Positions 45,311 to 54,527 of a stretch of DNA of 64,000 bases are shown one piece after another. A program made the position numbers and the translations under genes. The stretch is from a virus: positions 34,412 to 98,411 of the IMG/VR virus record IMGVR_UViG_3300045391_002681, one strand, 5' to 3'. Position 1 is the first letter of the stretch. Each line of letters starts with the position of its first letter. The notes under the pieces are model-generated. The model ran no database searches. It had not been told where the DNA came from and saw only the letters and a list, made by a program, of their open reading frames with translations.

Positions 45311-46870
45311 TCACGCGGAAAATTTCATTCCTATGGCGTATATCCCGGTATTGGTGTGACTCACCGCCGATACACTAGTGGGCGCATTCGAGGTCTGCAA
45401 AAACCATGCGATCACTGTTGTTGCGCCAAACACGCCAAACATTTTGGCCATGTCTATGGGTAGGTTTGGGTACATAGACACCGCCGATGCATTGGACATT
45501 GTCCGAAGCGACGTCCCGGTTGTTCGGTTGGTTATCACCAGGCATATCGCGTAGTTAACGCCCGCTGATAGTACCGTCGGCCCAATAGTAAACTCTATTT
45601 GCTGGTTGCCCGTGGCCACGGTAGTAAAACTTGAGCCAGAGGCGACAGTTCCAGTTATATTGCACGATGCGTCTACAGTCGCAATGAAGGCGGAATACAC
45701 ATCGCCAATGTTAGCTACATTGAACGGCGCATATATGGCGCTGACGGTAATCGTCTTTGCCAGTATAAGAACATTTCCGTAGGTGGCGAAACCGCCCGTA
45801 TCAGTGGCCGCGAACCGTGTGGCGGGAAACGCGTAGGATAATGCGCCCCCGCCCCCTGGCGAAACCCCAATGGCCGTAAGCACCCCGCCCGAGGCAATAA
45901 TGGTCGTGTTATCGACCTTCACGCCCCCAAGCTGAGAAGCTGAGCCAACCGGCAAATCAGCGCTCGCCAGAGCCCGGAATGCCGGCGCAGCGGCCCCTCC
46001 GCTGGATGGTCCCGCGAATACCAGATTGGCACTTTGTGTATTGAGCGAGAACGTCAGGGTTCCTGACGCAGTGACCGGAGAGCCCGAGACGGTGAAGATC
46101 GAAGGGGCGGCGAGTCCTACGGAGGTGACCGAGCCCGAGCCGCCCGACGACGCAATGGTGATCGAGCCGCCCGCGTTGGTGATCGTGACGCCCGACCCCG
46201 CCGTCAGCGTCGCCTTGCTAAGCCCCCCCGTCGAGGTGTTGCCGATCAGCAGTTGGCCATCCGTATAGGAGGATTGCCCGGTGCCCCCATTGCCGAACGG
46301 TAGCGTTCCGGCCACATCCGCCGCTAGGTCCACAGCGGCCCACGTCGGGTTGCCCGAGGCGTTGCCATGCAGGACGGTATGCACGGTCCCCTGATTGGCG
46401 AAATCTGCCGAGGCGAGAACGGCTGTCGCCCCGGTGATCAGGCGTCCCTTAACGTCGTAGGTCCCCTTGGTATAGGTTCCGGCCGTCGCCACCGTCGCCA
46501 GCGTCAGGACGCCCGTCGTGGTGTTGAGCGTCGCGTCTCCTGAGACGGTGAACGCACCGAAGGACCCACCGTTGTTGTACTGGATTTGACCCGACGCCCC
46601 CGAAGGCGTGGCCGTGATCGTCACCAGCCCCGCCGCAGACGCAACGTCGATGTTCGCGCCCTCGGTGATGACGTGGGCGTTGGGGATAGACGGATCGGCC
46701 GCCGTCACCACGAAATCCAGGTTCTGGAACGCGGTGAAGGTGTCGGGGATGATCTGCGCGACCTGAAGCTGGATACGCTCGAAGGCCAGCAGGGTCCGGG
46801 GGTCCTTGAACACCTCGCCGAGCTGCTGGCGGTTCAGGGTCGTCAGAGTTTGAAGCGGGAGCGTGCTCAT
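45311..46870 (-). CDS. Tail needle/fibre protein
   Basis: Follows gp10; G/T/S-rich fibre repeats; AT-richer C-terminal tip. Confidence 0.7.
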   Translation of the reverse strand: MSTLPLQTLTTLNRQQLGEVFKDPRTLLAFERIQLQVAQIIPDTFTAFQNLDFVVTAADPSIPNAHVITEGANIDVASAAGLVTITATPSGASGQIQYNNGGSFGAFTVSGDATLNTTTGVLTLATVATAGTYTKGTYDVKGRLITGATAVLASADFANQGTVHTVLHGNASGNPTWAAVDLAADVAGTLPFGNGGTGQSSYTDGQLLIGNTSTGGLSKATLTAGSGVTITNAGGSITIASSGGSGSVTSVGLAAPSIFTVSGSPVTASGTLTFSLNTQSANLVFAGPSSGGAAAPAFRALASADLPVGSASQLGGVKVDNTTIIASGGVLTAIGVSPGGGGALSYAFPATRFAATDTGGFATYGNVLILAKTITVSAIYAPFNVANIGDVYSAFIATVDASCNITGTVASGSSFTTVATGNQQIEFTIGPTVLSAGVNYAICLVITNRTTGTSLRTMSNASAVSMYPNLPIDMAKMFGVFGATTVIAWFLQTSNAPTSVSAVSHTNTGIYAIGMKFSA

Positions 46871-48276
46871 CAGACGCTCAGGGGCTCGACTTGCACTTCA
46901 AGCGCCGCCCACGTGGCAATCGAGGCGTTGGCGCTGCGGAACCTGAGTCCGACATAGTTGCGGAAGCGCACCTTCGGCCGCCACTGCACGCGCTTGCGGC
47001 GCTCGCCGAAGCCGCCCATGGAGATGAAGCGTTCCTGGCTCCAGGTCTGCCCGTCGAGCGTCCAGGAGAGGGCGCAGGTGGGGTTGACGCCGAACGGCGC
47101 GCGACCCGGAAGGCCCGCAAGCTCGACAACCTGGATGATGCCGCCCTTCCCCCCGTTGTAGAGGAACTGCGTATCGAACTGCCAACCGACGATGGCGCCC
47201 CAGCGCAGCGAAGACGAGTCGTCCAGGTAGCCGATGCGGCCGGTCGAATCCCCGACCATCCACCGGCCATAGACCTGGGTCATGAACCGGGGCGAATAGG
47301 GCTGATCCATCAGCGCCCCGTCCGCCAGGATGTGCCAGACGGGCTCCTTGTTCAGCAAGGACGCTTGGTGCATGTAGACCAGCGTCTTGTCCGGGCCGTG
47401 GATGTAGAAGCGCTGTTCGTCCTTCTCCACGCGCTGTTCGCATTGGATCAGGGCTTGCTGGGCCACGGTCCAACCCGCGATGATCCCGTCGATCTCGGAG
47501 GTGGAGATGCCGATGGATTGGCCGGCGCCGGCCAGATAGACGCTCAACGCCTCGCCCCGGCCCGATCCGACGAAGGCGAAGGTTTCGAGGAAATAGGCCC
47601 ACGCATGGGTGCCGACCACGCCGCGCGGGATCAGGCCGCCCGGATTGTTGGTGAACGGAAACCCCGTCCCGCCCAAGTCCTGGAAGTTCTGGATGGTGTT
47701 GGTCCCGAGCGCATAGACCTCGCCCCGCACCTTGGCCAAGGCGACAACCGGGTCAGGATCAGCCTCGGCAGACCCGTACTTGAGCGGATCGACGCTATAG
47801 GGGTCGTTCAGTTCGGTGACGACGAGGTTTTCCCCGTCCGTGGACATGAAGTAGCTGTCGATCCAAAGGCCGGCGATGGGCGAGCCCAAATCCGGGTCGG
47901 TAACTTGGGTCACCAGGCCCGTGGTCGTCTGGTAGTAGAACTGGTTGAGGTTTGACCAGATCACCAGCCGGTCGAAGCTGTAGTCCAGGCTCACCGGCAG
48001 GCCGTTGTTGCCCACGTCGCCGAGCACCACGACGGTTCCGTCAGCGGCCACGGAGACCAGCTTGGAGCCCATCACGCGGTAGCAGACGCCATTCCAGTTG
48101 ATGCCGCCGCGATCCGCGCCGGGTCCGGTCCCGATCTGCGTCACGCCGGGAACGTCGGAGATGTAGCCTTCCGAAAGCCCGCTCTGGACTAGGGTCGGCT
48201 CCAAATTCACCGGGTATGACGTATGGAAGGCGGCGCTACTATCGGCGTAAGCGCCCTGGAGCAGCGGCACCCTCAT
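46870..48276 (-). CDS. Packaged-DNA stabilisation protein (P22 gp10-like)
   Basis: YPVNL, YRVMGSKL, SAEADPDP, WTLDGQTWS. Confidence 0.88.
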   Translation of the reverse strand: MRVPLLQGAYADSSAAFHTSYPVNLEPTLVQSGLSEGYISDVPGVTQIGTGPGADRGGINWNGVCYRVMGSKLVSVAADGTVVVLGDVGNNGLPVSLDYSFDRLVIWSNLNQFYYQTTTGLVTQVTDPDLGSPIAGLWIDSYFMSTDGENLVVTELNDPYSVDPLKYGSAEADPDPVVALAKVRGEVYALGTNTIQNFQDLGGTGFPFTNNPGGLIPRGVVGTHAWAYFLETFAFVGSGRGEALSVYLAGAGQSIGISTSEIDGIIAGWTVAQQALIQCEQRVEKDEQRFYIHGPDKTLVYMHQASLLNKEPVWHILADGALMDQPYSPRFMTQVYGRWMVGDSTGRIGYLDDSSSLRWGAIVGWQFDTQFLYNGGKGGIIQVVELAGLPGRAPFGVNPTCALSWTLDGQTWSQERFISMGGFGERRKRVQWRPKVRFRNYVGLRFRSANASIATWAALEVQVEPLSV

Positions 48277-49037
48277 CGGCAGCGGCTCGGGTCAAGCACC
48301 CCGCTAAAGCCGAAGGGTTGCCAGATGCCGTAAGGCTTCTGTCCGGCCCCTCGGGGCGTTCCGCCTTGCAGGACGCGTTCCGGGGTGACGCTATAGCGGG
48401 CGCGAAGGGCGTTCATCGCCAGCCCGGCGGTGACCTTGGCTTCCACGCTCAGGGTCTTGCCGATGGCCGGGGCGACCACGAACGCCAATGCCGAGGCCGC
48501 CGGCAACACCGCGTCGTCCGGAATGCCGCTCGGGTCATCCAGGTCGCTTCCGCCAATCACGGTCGGCGCGTTGTAGTTCAGGTCGAGATTGTTGGTCCGC
48601 CACATCGCCATCTGGGCGTCCGTGGCGAACAGGGCCGATGACCACTCTTCCGGCGTGACGTTGAACTCGTAGTCCGCGAGGCCCATCGTCTGGAACGTCA
48701 GGTTCAGGATTTGCCGCTTGGTATTGGTCGCCGGAGTCACCGCAACGGCGGTGTCGAGCACCTGCAGTTGGATTTCGCGGGTGAGCACCTGGCCGCCGAC
48801 CGTATCGACGGTGTTGCTCAGGATCGCGGTTTCACCATTGGCCCCGCCAGCCACAACGAAGCGGATGAAGGTCCCGAAGTTGAGCGGGGGTTCCGGATCG
48901 CTGCTGATCGTCACCGTTCCCGACGTAACCGTCAGGGTGAAGGTCTTGATCAGGTCGCCGGCCTGGAGCTGCTTGGACCAGTCGGCGAAGTAGGTGACGG
49001 TATCGCCGGACGGCTTGGGGACGAGGTATTCCATCAC
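48273..49037 (-). CDS. Head-tail adaptor (P22 gp4-like) with extra N-terminal beta domain
   Basis: C-terminal TPEEWSSAL..TDAQMAMW...DDPSGIPDDA...APAIGK...PRGAG. Confidence 0.75.
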   Translation of the reverse strand: MMEYLVPKPSGDTVTYFADWSKQLQAGDLIKTFTLTVTSGTVTISSDPEPPLNFGTFIRFVVAGGANGETAILSNTVDTVGGQVLTREIQLQVLDTAVAVTPATNTKRQILNLTFQTMGLADYEFNVTPEEWSSALFATDAQMAMWRTNNLDLNYNAPTVIGGSDLDDPSGIPDDAVLPAASALAFVVAPAIGKTLSVEAKVTAGLAMNALRARYSVTPERVLQGGTPRGAGQKPYGIWQPFGFSGVLDPSRCR

Positions 49038-49246
49038 GCCCCCTTCGGCGGTCTGCCTCTGCGCTTGAATTGGACGATCTCGGCTTCCGCCTCCGGGTCG
49101 TTCAGCGGAACGTCGGACGGGTGACGCACCCAGCCTTCGGCTAAAGCGCCCTCAACCTCAGCCTCGGCGAACACACGATGCTCGACGCACCAATCCCACA
49201 CGTGCGGGTTCGGCTCGTCGGCTTGGCGGTACAGCATCACGGTCAC
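49034..49246 (-). CDS. Small conserved head-region protein
   Basis: MLYR...EVEGALAEGWVRHP. Confidence 0.65.
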   Translation of the reverse strand: MTVMLYRQADEPNPHVWDWCVEHRVFAEAEVEGALAEGWVRHPSDVPLNDPEAEAEIVQFKRRGRPPKGA

Positions 49247-49575
49247 GACAGGCCTACTCCCGTGGTGAAGCAGATGTTGGCGGTCCCGGACGCCATGATC
49301 GCGGCCGCGTAGAGGCCGGTCGTGAGGGTGTCGGGGACGGTGACGCTCAGGACGCTGGTCGAGCCCGGCATCAGCGGGATATCCGAGGTCGTGGCGGCGA
49401 CGCTGCTGTTGCCGAAGCGGATGTAGGCGACCGTGGTCCCGTCGTTGGTGACGCGGAATTGGATGCGCTGGCCGCCCGGAGACGGCTGGCCGCCGAGGAT
49501 GTGATTGCCGGTCGTGGTGGTCGCGGCGATTTTGACCGTTGCGCCGTCTGTCGGCTGGAAAGCGATGGGCAGCAC
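49243..49575 (-). CDS. Putative virion/decoration protein
   Basis: Beta-rich ORF directly after the coat terminator. Confidence 0.6.
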   Translation of the reverse strand: MLPIAFQPTDGATVKIAATTTTGNHILGGQPSPGGQRIQFRVTNDGTTVAYIRFGNSSVAATTSDIPLMPGSTSVLSVTVPDTLTTGLYAAAIMASGTANICFTTGVGLS

Positions 49576-49592
49576 TGGCGGGCCTCCTTGTG

Positions 49593-49625
49593 GAAAAGGA
49601 GGGCGGGACCGAAGCCCCGCCCCTC
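49593..49625 (-). terminator. Hairpin terminator after the coat gene
   Basis: GAGGGCGGGGC-TTCG-GTCCCGCCCTC followed by CTTTT. Confidence 0.65.
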
Positions 49626-49642
49626 AGTCGGGGGGAAGCGCG

Positions 49643-50914
49643 TCAGGTCTGTCCGAACAACTCGATGCCGGCCATCTCGGGGTTCAGGCACACCGTCCCC
49701 CAGAGCGCATCGAAGCGGTACTTGGTCGAGAGGTCGTTGATGGAGCCCTGGCGGGTCATCACCAGTTCCAGGCCGTCGTCCGTGGTTCCGCGCATCACGG
49801 CCAGGCCGCTGTCGGGAGCCGGCATCAGGCGGCCGGGCAGGATTTCCATCACGTCGCCGGCCCAGAACACGTTGGCGGGGGCCGCCACTGTGTTCAGGAA
49901 GGTGATCGCGGCGGTGTCAGCCGGAGTCGCGGTGACGTTCTGGTATTGGGCCTCGGCGTTGGTCGAGCCGCCGTTGGAGATGATCGGCGGGGTGATGGTG
50001 ATCACGCCCGAGCCGCCGGCGCCCGACACGATGGCCGTCACGCGGAAGGTCTTGGCGAGGCCGGTGTCCTGCTTGGTGATGTGGTGCACCGCGTTGACGC
50101 CGGCGATCTGGAACGCGTCGCCGACCGCGATGGTCCCCGAGGTCACTGCGACCGTGAGGTTCTGGAAGCGGTTGTCCACGTTGGTGTAAACGCCGTCCGC
50201 TTGCAGGACCGTGGCGGCCGGGGTGTAGAACTGATTGGCGCCGTTCACGGTGACGGTGACGGCGGTCTTGGCGGCCAGTCGCTTGGCGTAGTTGAGCTTG
50301 TAGGTCTGGAAGCCGGCCACTTCGCCGAGATAGGCGCGCTCGTAGGCTTGCAGCGACTTGGAGTTGTCGAGCACGCGCGAGGCCAGGTTGGCGGCCATGT
50401 TGTTGTAGTCCACCGGGCTCAGGCCGAAGACGCGGCTGTCTTCCTGGATGCCCAGCTGGGTCATGGTCGAGTCGGCCAACGCGATGTCGGTGAAGCCGGT
50501 CGCCGCCGCCGTGTTCTTGATCACGATGGAGCCATAGGCCGCCGCGGTGTTGGTCAGGGACACGTTGATGTCGGAGGCCAGCTTCTGGCGCGCGCCCGAG
50601 CCGAGCCGGCCTTCCTGAAGCGCGTCGCGGAGCTGCTTGGCGGTCAGGGCAAACGGAACGGTCTGCTGGTTGTTGATCGACGCCGGGACGGAGAGCTGGG
50701 TCACGTCCTTGAAGTTGGACGACATGTCGCCGCCGCCCGAATAGGAGGTCATGATGTAGGGTTGCGGGCGCCAGATGATGTCGCCCGACCGTTCCATGGT
50801 CTCCTGGTTGGTCTTGTAGACCTTCGCCATCTTGGTGGCGACGACGGCGTCATTGAAGCCTTCAAGCAGTTGGTCGAAGGCGACGGTTTCTTCTTTGGTG
50901 AAGGCGTTGGCCAC
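49643..50914 (-). CDS. Major capsid protein, P22 gp5 family
   Basis: MANAFTKEETVAFDQLLEGFND...MERSGDIIWRPQPY...KYRFDALWGTVCLNPEMAG. Confidence 0.93.
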   Translation of the reverse strand: MANAFTKEETVAFDQLLEGFNDAVVATKMAKVYKTNQETMERSGDIIWRPQPYIMTSYSGGGDMSSNFKDVTQLSVPASINNQQTVPFALTAKQLRDALQEGRLGSGARQKLASDINVSLTNTAAAYGSIVIKNTAAATGFTDIALADSTMTQLGIQEDSRVFGLSPVDYNNMAANLASRVLDNSKSLQAYERAYLGEVAGFQTYKLNYAKRLAAKTAVTVTVNGANQFYTPAATVLQADGVYTNVDNRFQNLTVAVTSGTIAVGDAFQIAGVNAVHHITKQDTGLAKTFRVTAIVSGAGGSGVITITPPIISNGGSTNAEAQYQNVTATPADTAAITFLNTVAAPANVFWAGDVMEILPGRLMPAPDSGLAVMRGTTDDGLELVMTRQGSINDLSTKYRFDALWGTVCLNPEMAGIELFGQT

Positions 50915-50953
50915 TTGCGTAGTTCCTTCTGGCCCCTCGGGGCTCTGGGACGG

Positions 50954-50974
50954 GCGGCGTCATCTCGACGCTGC
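50954..50974 (-). promoter_or_regulatory. Conserved hairpin in the coat leader (GCAGCGTC-GAGAT-GACGCCGC)
   Basis: Matches 1012-1032. Confidence 0.6.
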
Positions 50975-50984
50975 TGTCAGGTTG

Positions 50985-51833
50985 CTACCGGGCCTTGGCC
51001 TTCAGCTGGCGCTTGTATTGGACGACCTTGGTGCGGTCCCCCGAGCGCGCGGCTTCGGCTTCCAGCCGTTCGAGATGCTTGTCCACCGGGGCAGAGAGCG
51101 GGGCCGAACCCCTGACGATCTGTTCCGGCGGCGGCGGTGCGTTGCGCTTGTTGGTCACGGTCAGTTTCCCTTCCAGCCTTCCAAGCTCACCGGCCAGTGC
51201 GATGGGGTTCGAAATCTTGGCGAGTTCGGCGGCTTTGGCGGGGTTTCGGCCGAGATAGAGCGTCACGGCGGCGCTGTTCTTCGGCGCCCACGTAAGCACG
51301 GCCTGCTGCGTCTCGTTGAAGGCCGACTGAACTTCCTCAAGTGCTCGGGGAAGGTCTTTGGCCTTCAGGTCGGTGAATTGCTTCCCGACCTCGGCGACGC
51401 GGGTGTTCCACGCTTCCTGCTGCTGCTGCTGGGCTTTCAGCGCCTCGGCGTTCTGCCTGTCGGCTTGGGCCTTTCGCGCCTGCCACGCCTCGTATTCCTG
51501 CTCGAACTTGTCCGTGTCGAATTCGCAGGTTTCGAGGGTTGGCTTGTCGCCTACCTCGATCCTCGGCGGTTCCTGCTGGCGGTTTTTGGCCTCCAGCTCG
51601 CGGGTCAGTTCGCGGTTACGGGCGCGCAGTTCGCGGAGGACGCTGTTGTCCGGCTGCTCGCTTGGGGGTGGCGCTCCCCCTTCGCCCTCGAAGATGACCA
51701 GGACCTCGTCGTCTTCGTCGCCCTCAGGCGGCTCGGCCTCGACTTCGGTCCGTTCCTCCGGAAGCTCAACGTCCCCGGCGGGGATGTCGATTTCCGGCTC
51801 TTCGATGGCGTCGTCTGCCATTGAGTGCCCCAT
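50985..51833 (-). CDS. Scaffolding protein
   Basis: Acidic N-terminus, KPTLE..DTDKFE, C-terminal ARSGDRTKVVQYKRQLK. Confidence 0.85.
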   Translation of the reverse strand: MGHSMADDAIEEPEIDIPAGDVELPEERTEVEAEPPEGDEDDEVLVIFEGEGGAPPPSEQPDNSVLRELRARNRELTRELEAKNRQQEPPRIEVGDKPTLETCEFDTDKFEQEYEAWQARKAQADRQNAEALKAQQQQQEAWNTRVAEVGKQFTDLKAKDLPRALEEVQSAFNETQQAVLTWAPKNSAAVTLYLGRNPAKAAELAKISNPIALAGELGRLEGKLTVTNKRNAPPPPEQIVRGSAPLSAPVDKHLERLEAEAARSGDRTKVVQYKRQLKAKAR

Positions 51834-51882
51834 CTCGCTCAGCCTTTGGCGGTAGGCCGGATACCGATGGGACTTGGGTCGC

Positions 51883-51903
51883 GCCGCGAATACGTCTGCG
51901 CAA
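51883..51903 (-). promoter_or_regulatory. Late-gene motif, copy 2
   Basis: TTGCGCAGACGTATTCGCGGC upstream of scaffold/coat. Confidence 0.6.
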
Positions 51904-51910
51904 GCGGGGA

Positions 51911-52177
51911 TTAATCGTCGGGCTGCATGACCTCGAAGGAGAGCGCGCAGCCGGCTCGGGCGATCACCGCCGCAGCCGCGCCTTGGGAGCGGTCGCGCAT
52001 CGTCCAGCCGCGCGATGTGGCCTGATGGGCGCCGCCGAGCACATAGACGATGGCCTCGGGCTCTTCGCCGCTCTGGGCGACGTAGTCGTCATACGCGCCC
52101 CCGATCTGTGCGAGGAATTCCGCCTTGCGATCACGCTGGATCGGTCCCGAGGACAGGGAGACGACGTTGTCGCTCAC
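51911..52177 (-). CDS. Hypothetical protein
   Basis: GTGA-coupled to the portal stop. Confidence 0.55.
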   Translation of the reverse strand: MSDNVVSLSSGPIQRDRKAEFLAQIGGAYDDYVAQSGEEPEAIVYVLGGAHQATSRGWTMRDRSQGAAAAVIARAGCALSFEVMQPDD

Positions 52178-54306
52178 CCGGCGCCCTGCGCGTTGCCCGT
52201 GAAGAACTTCGCCACCTTCTGCAGCATGGACACGCGGTGCGCCTGGTCCTTCTGCTGGGCTTCCAGATCGGCCTTCGCGGCGTCGCTGGCGGTCTGCGCC
52301 ACCGCCACGTGAGCATCAACCTGTTTCGCGTGCGCCTCGGCGAGCGCTTTGACGGTTCCGGCCTTCGCCTGTTCGGTTTGGGCCTCGGCCTTCTTCGTCT
52401 GGGCCATTTCCTTCTCTACGGTCGCCTGTAGGACTTGGGCGTGAGGGTCAGGCTGCTGCTGTTGCTGCGCCTGCGCCTCCTGCATCGCCTCTTTTTCCTG
52501 TTCGGTCGGCTTGACGATGCCCTGTTGCACCAGGCGCCCGCGATACCAGTCCTTCAGGTCGCCGATGCCCTCGCCGTCCATGTTGAGGAAGGCGACGCCC
52601 ATCGCCGCAGCCGCGCCCTGCGGATCAAATGGAGCCATGGCTTCGGCCGACGCCAGCAGCGTCTTGACCGTCTTGTCCCGGCGCGTGGTGGTGGCCTCGG
52701 TCACGTCGGAGATGACGTTGAATTTCATCCCCGCGAAGTCGTTGGCGACATAATAGCCGCCCTTTTGTGTCGTGGTCGGCTGCTGGAGGACCGCGCTCCC
52801 CTGCTGGCCTTCCTCGTCCATCGTCGGGACCTTGCGGCCTTCCTCGATGTAGACCGCCTTGGCCATGGACAGGTAGATCTCGCCGCACCGCTGCATCGAC
52901 TGGCGCATGTTGTCCATGTAGGTGAACGACTTGGCGTCGGTGCGCGTGGCGGCAATGTCCATCGCCTCGGCCGAGACGTTGGATTTCGTCTCGTCGGAAT
53001 TGTCCTGGTTGGTGGTCAGCTGATCGATGTCGTTGGCGGTGATCTGGATCAGCGCGGCGAGGACGGGCGGGAGTTGCGGCGCGTTGAGCGTCGTCACCGC
53101 CTGGACCGGGATCGGCTGGCCGGTCGTCGGGTCGATGCGGTCGTTTATCAGGCGGTACGGCGAGCGGTTGATGTTCGCCTCGGCCCACGACTGTTCGTGC
53201 CCCGCCACCTGTTCCGGCGTGAACACCGGCGTCTCGATGGGCGAGAGCGAGGCGGTTTCCGTGAGCTTGGAAATCTGGGCGTTGTAGATGCGCTGCGGGT
53301 CCTTCGCGAGGCGCACATGGCCCCGTACCCGCTCCATGTTGTCGATGAACCAACGCTTGCCGTAGACCGGGACGATGGGGATTTGATCCCCAGCAATCAC
53401 CTGCATCGGCGCGATGATGCCCGAGGCGCTGAACGTGTGCTTTTCCACGATGCAGCGCTTGACGCGCTTGCGCCCGCTGATTTTCCAGCCCTGGACCTGT
53501 AGGTCTTTCAACTCGCCCGGTTCGAGGTCTTTGCTCCACTCCTTGCGCACGTCGCCGGTCATGGAATGGGTGAGCGTCACGCGCTCCTGCGTCACGTCCA
53601 CCTTGCGGTAATATTCCGCGATCCTGACGACGCTCGGCGTGTACCAATCGTAGTAGGTCTTGAGGATGTCCTGCGGCCAGGACGCCGGATCGTCGTTGTA
53701 GGTCGCCTCGTAGTCCTCGGGCGACATGGCCGTGACCACGAACGCGAACTTGGCGTCGGACTTGTCGTACAGCCGCGCGTCCATGTCCCAGAACACGGAC
53801 TGATCGGCGTCGGGCACGATCTCGAAGCTGATGCGTTGGGTGTCGTCGTCAGGGTCGTATTCGTCGCTGTAGACGTTGCACAGCCGCCAGGCGCCCATAC
53901 CGCCCTGTACGGCTTCCTCAAAGGCGCAATCGAACGCCTGTTGCCCCTTGGAGGCGTACACATCGGCCAGGAACAGGCCATTGAGGGTTTCCGCCGCTTC
54001 CTCGTCGGCCGGCGAGTCATCGACCGGCCGGAAATCCACGGTCATGCGGTTGGCGCGATAGTCGGCGATGATCTTCTCGACGCCCTGCGCGGTCTTGTTC
54101 ACCTCCACCATCAGGGAGTTGGCGAACTGCTGCGCCCAATCGCCTTCCCACTGCGCCCCGGCTATCGAGACGAAGCGGCGATCTTGCAGGCATTGCGCCC
54201 GCTCTTCCTGCTGCGCCATGCAGATGGCGTGGAACTGCGCCAGCGCCTTTTCGTGGAGGTCGTCGGGCAAACCCTCGGTAGCGATTTCGCCGCTCGGCTC
54301 GGCCAT
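52174..54306 (-). CDS. Portal protein, P22 gp1 family
   Basis: GAQWEG, EVNK, GGMGAWRL, IPIVPVYGKRWFIDNMERVRGHVRLAKDPQR. Confidence 0.93.
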   Translation of the reverse strand: MAEPSGEIATEGLPDDLHEKALAQFHAICMAQQEERAQCLQDRRFVSIAGAQWEGDWAQQFANSLMVEVNKTAQGVEKIIADYRANRMTVDFRPVDDSPADEEAAETLNGLFLADVYASKGQQAFDCAFEEAVQGGMGAWRLCNVYSDEYDPDDDTQRISFEIVPDADQSVFWDMDARLYDKSDAKFAFVVTAMSPEDYEATYNDDPASWPQDILKTYYDWYTPSVVRIAEYYRKVDVTQERVTLTHSMTGDVRKEWSKDLEPGELKDLQVQGWKISGRKRVKRCIVEKHTFSASGIIAPMQVIAGDQIPIVPVYGKRWFIDNMERVRGHVRLAKDPQRIYNAQISKLTETASLSPIETPVFTPEQVAGHEQSWAEANINRSPYRLINDRIDPTTGQPIPVQAVTTLNAPQLPPVLAALIQITANDIDQLTTNQDNSDETKSNVSAEAMDIAATRTDAKSFTYMDNMRQSMQRCGEIYLSMAKAVYIEEGRKVPTMDEEGQQGSAVLQQPTTTQKGGYYVANDFAGMKFNVISDVTEATTTRRDKTVKTLLASAEAMAPFDPQGAAAAMGVAFLNMDGEGIGDLKDWYRGRLVQQGIVKPTEQEKEAMQEAQAQQQQQPDPHAQVLQATVEKEMAQTKKAEAQTEQAKAGTVKALAEAHAKQVDAHVAVAQTASDAAKADLEAQQKDQAHRVSMLQKVAKFFTGNAQGAG

Positions 54307-54337
54307 CTAACGTCCCTGCGCTCTGGCAGGGGGTCAG

Positions 54338-54358
54338 GCCGCGAATACGTCGGGTCAA
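54338..54358 (-). promoter_or_regulatory. Late-gene motif, copy 3
   Basis: TTGACCCGACGTATTCGCGGC upstream of the portal gene. Confidence 0.65.
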
Positions 54359-54525
54359 CGGCTGCGGCAATCCAGCGGTGTGAGGGTCTCAACGATCCGG
54401 GCGCGCGTATCGTCATCGATGTCGGACGACTTGAGGATGCACAGCAGGAACTCACCCGCCAGACTTTCGGGATCAACCCACATGTCGACCGGTCCCTTAG
54501 GCTCAAGGCGCGGCTTTAGTTCCAT
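54355..54525 (-). CDS. 56-aa hypothetical protein between terL and portal
   Basis: MELKPRLEPKGPVDMWVDPESLAGEFLLCIL...; manual translation. Confidence 0.45.
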   Translation of the reverse strand: MELKPRLEPKGPVDMWVDPESLAGEFLLCILKSSDIDDDTRARIVETLTPLDCRSR

Positions 54526-54527
54526 GA

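Noticed and set aside
45311-46870. Diversity-generating retroelement or invertible tail-fibre system
   Set aside because: No reverse transcriptase, template/variable repeat pair or invertase seen in the window
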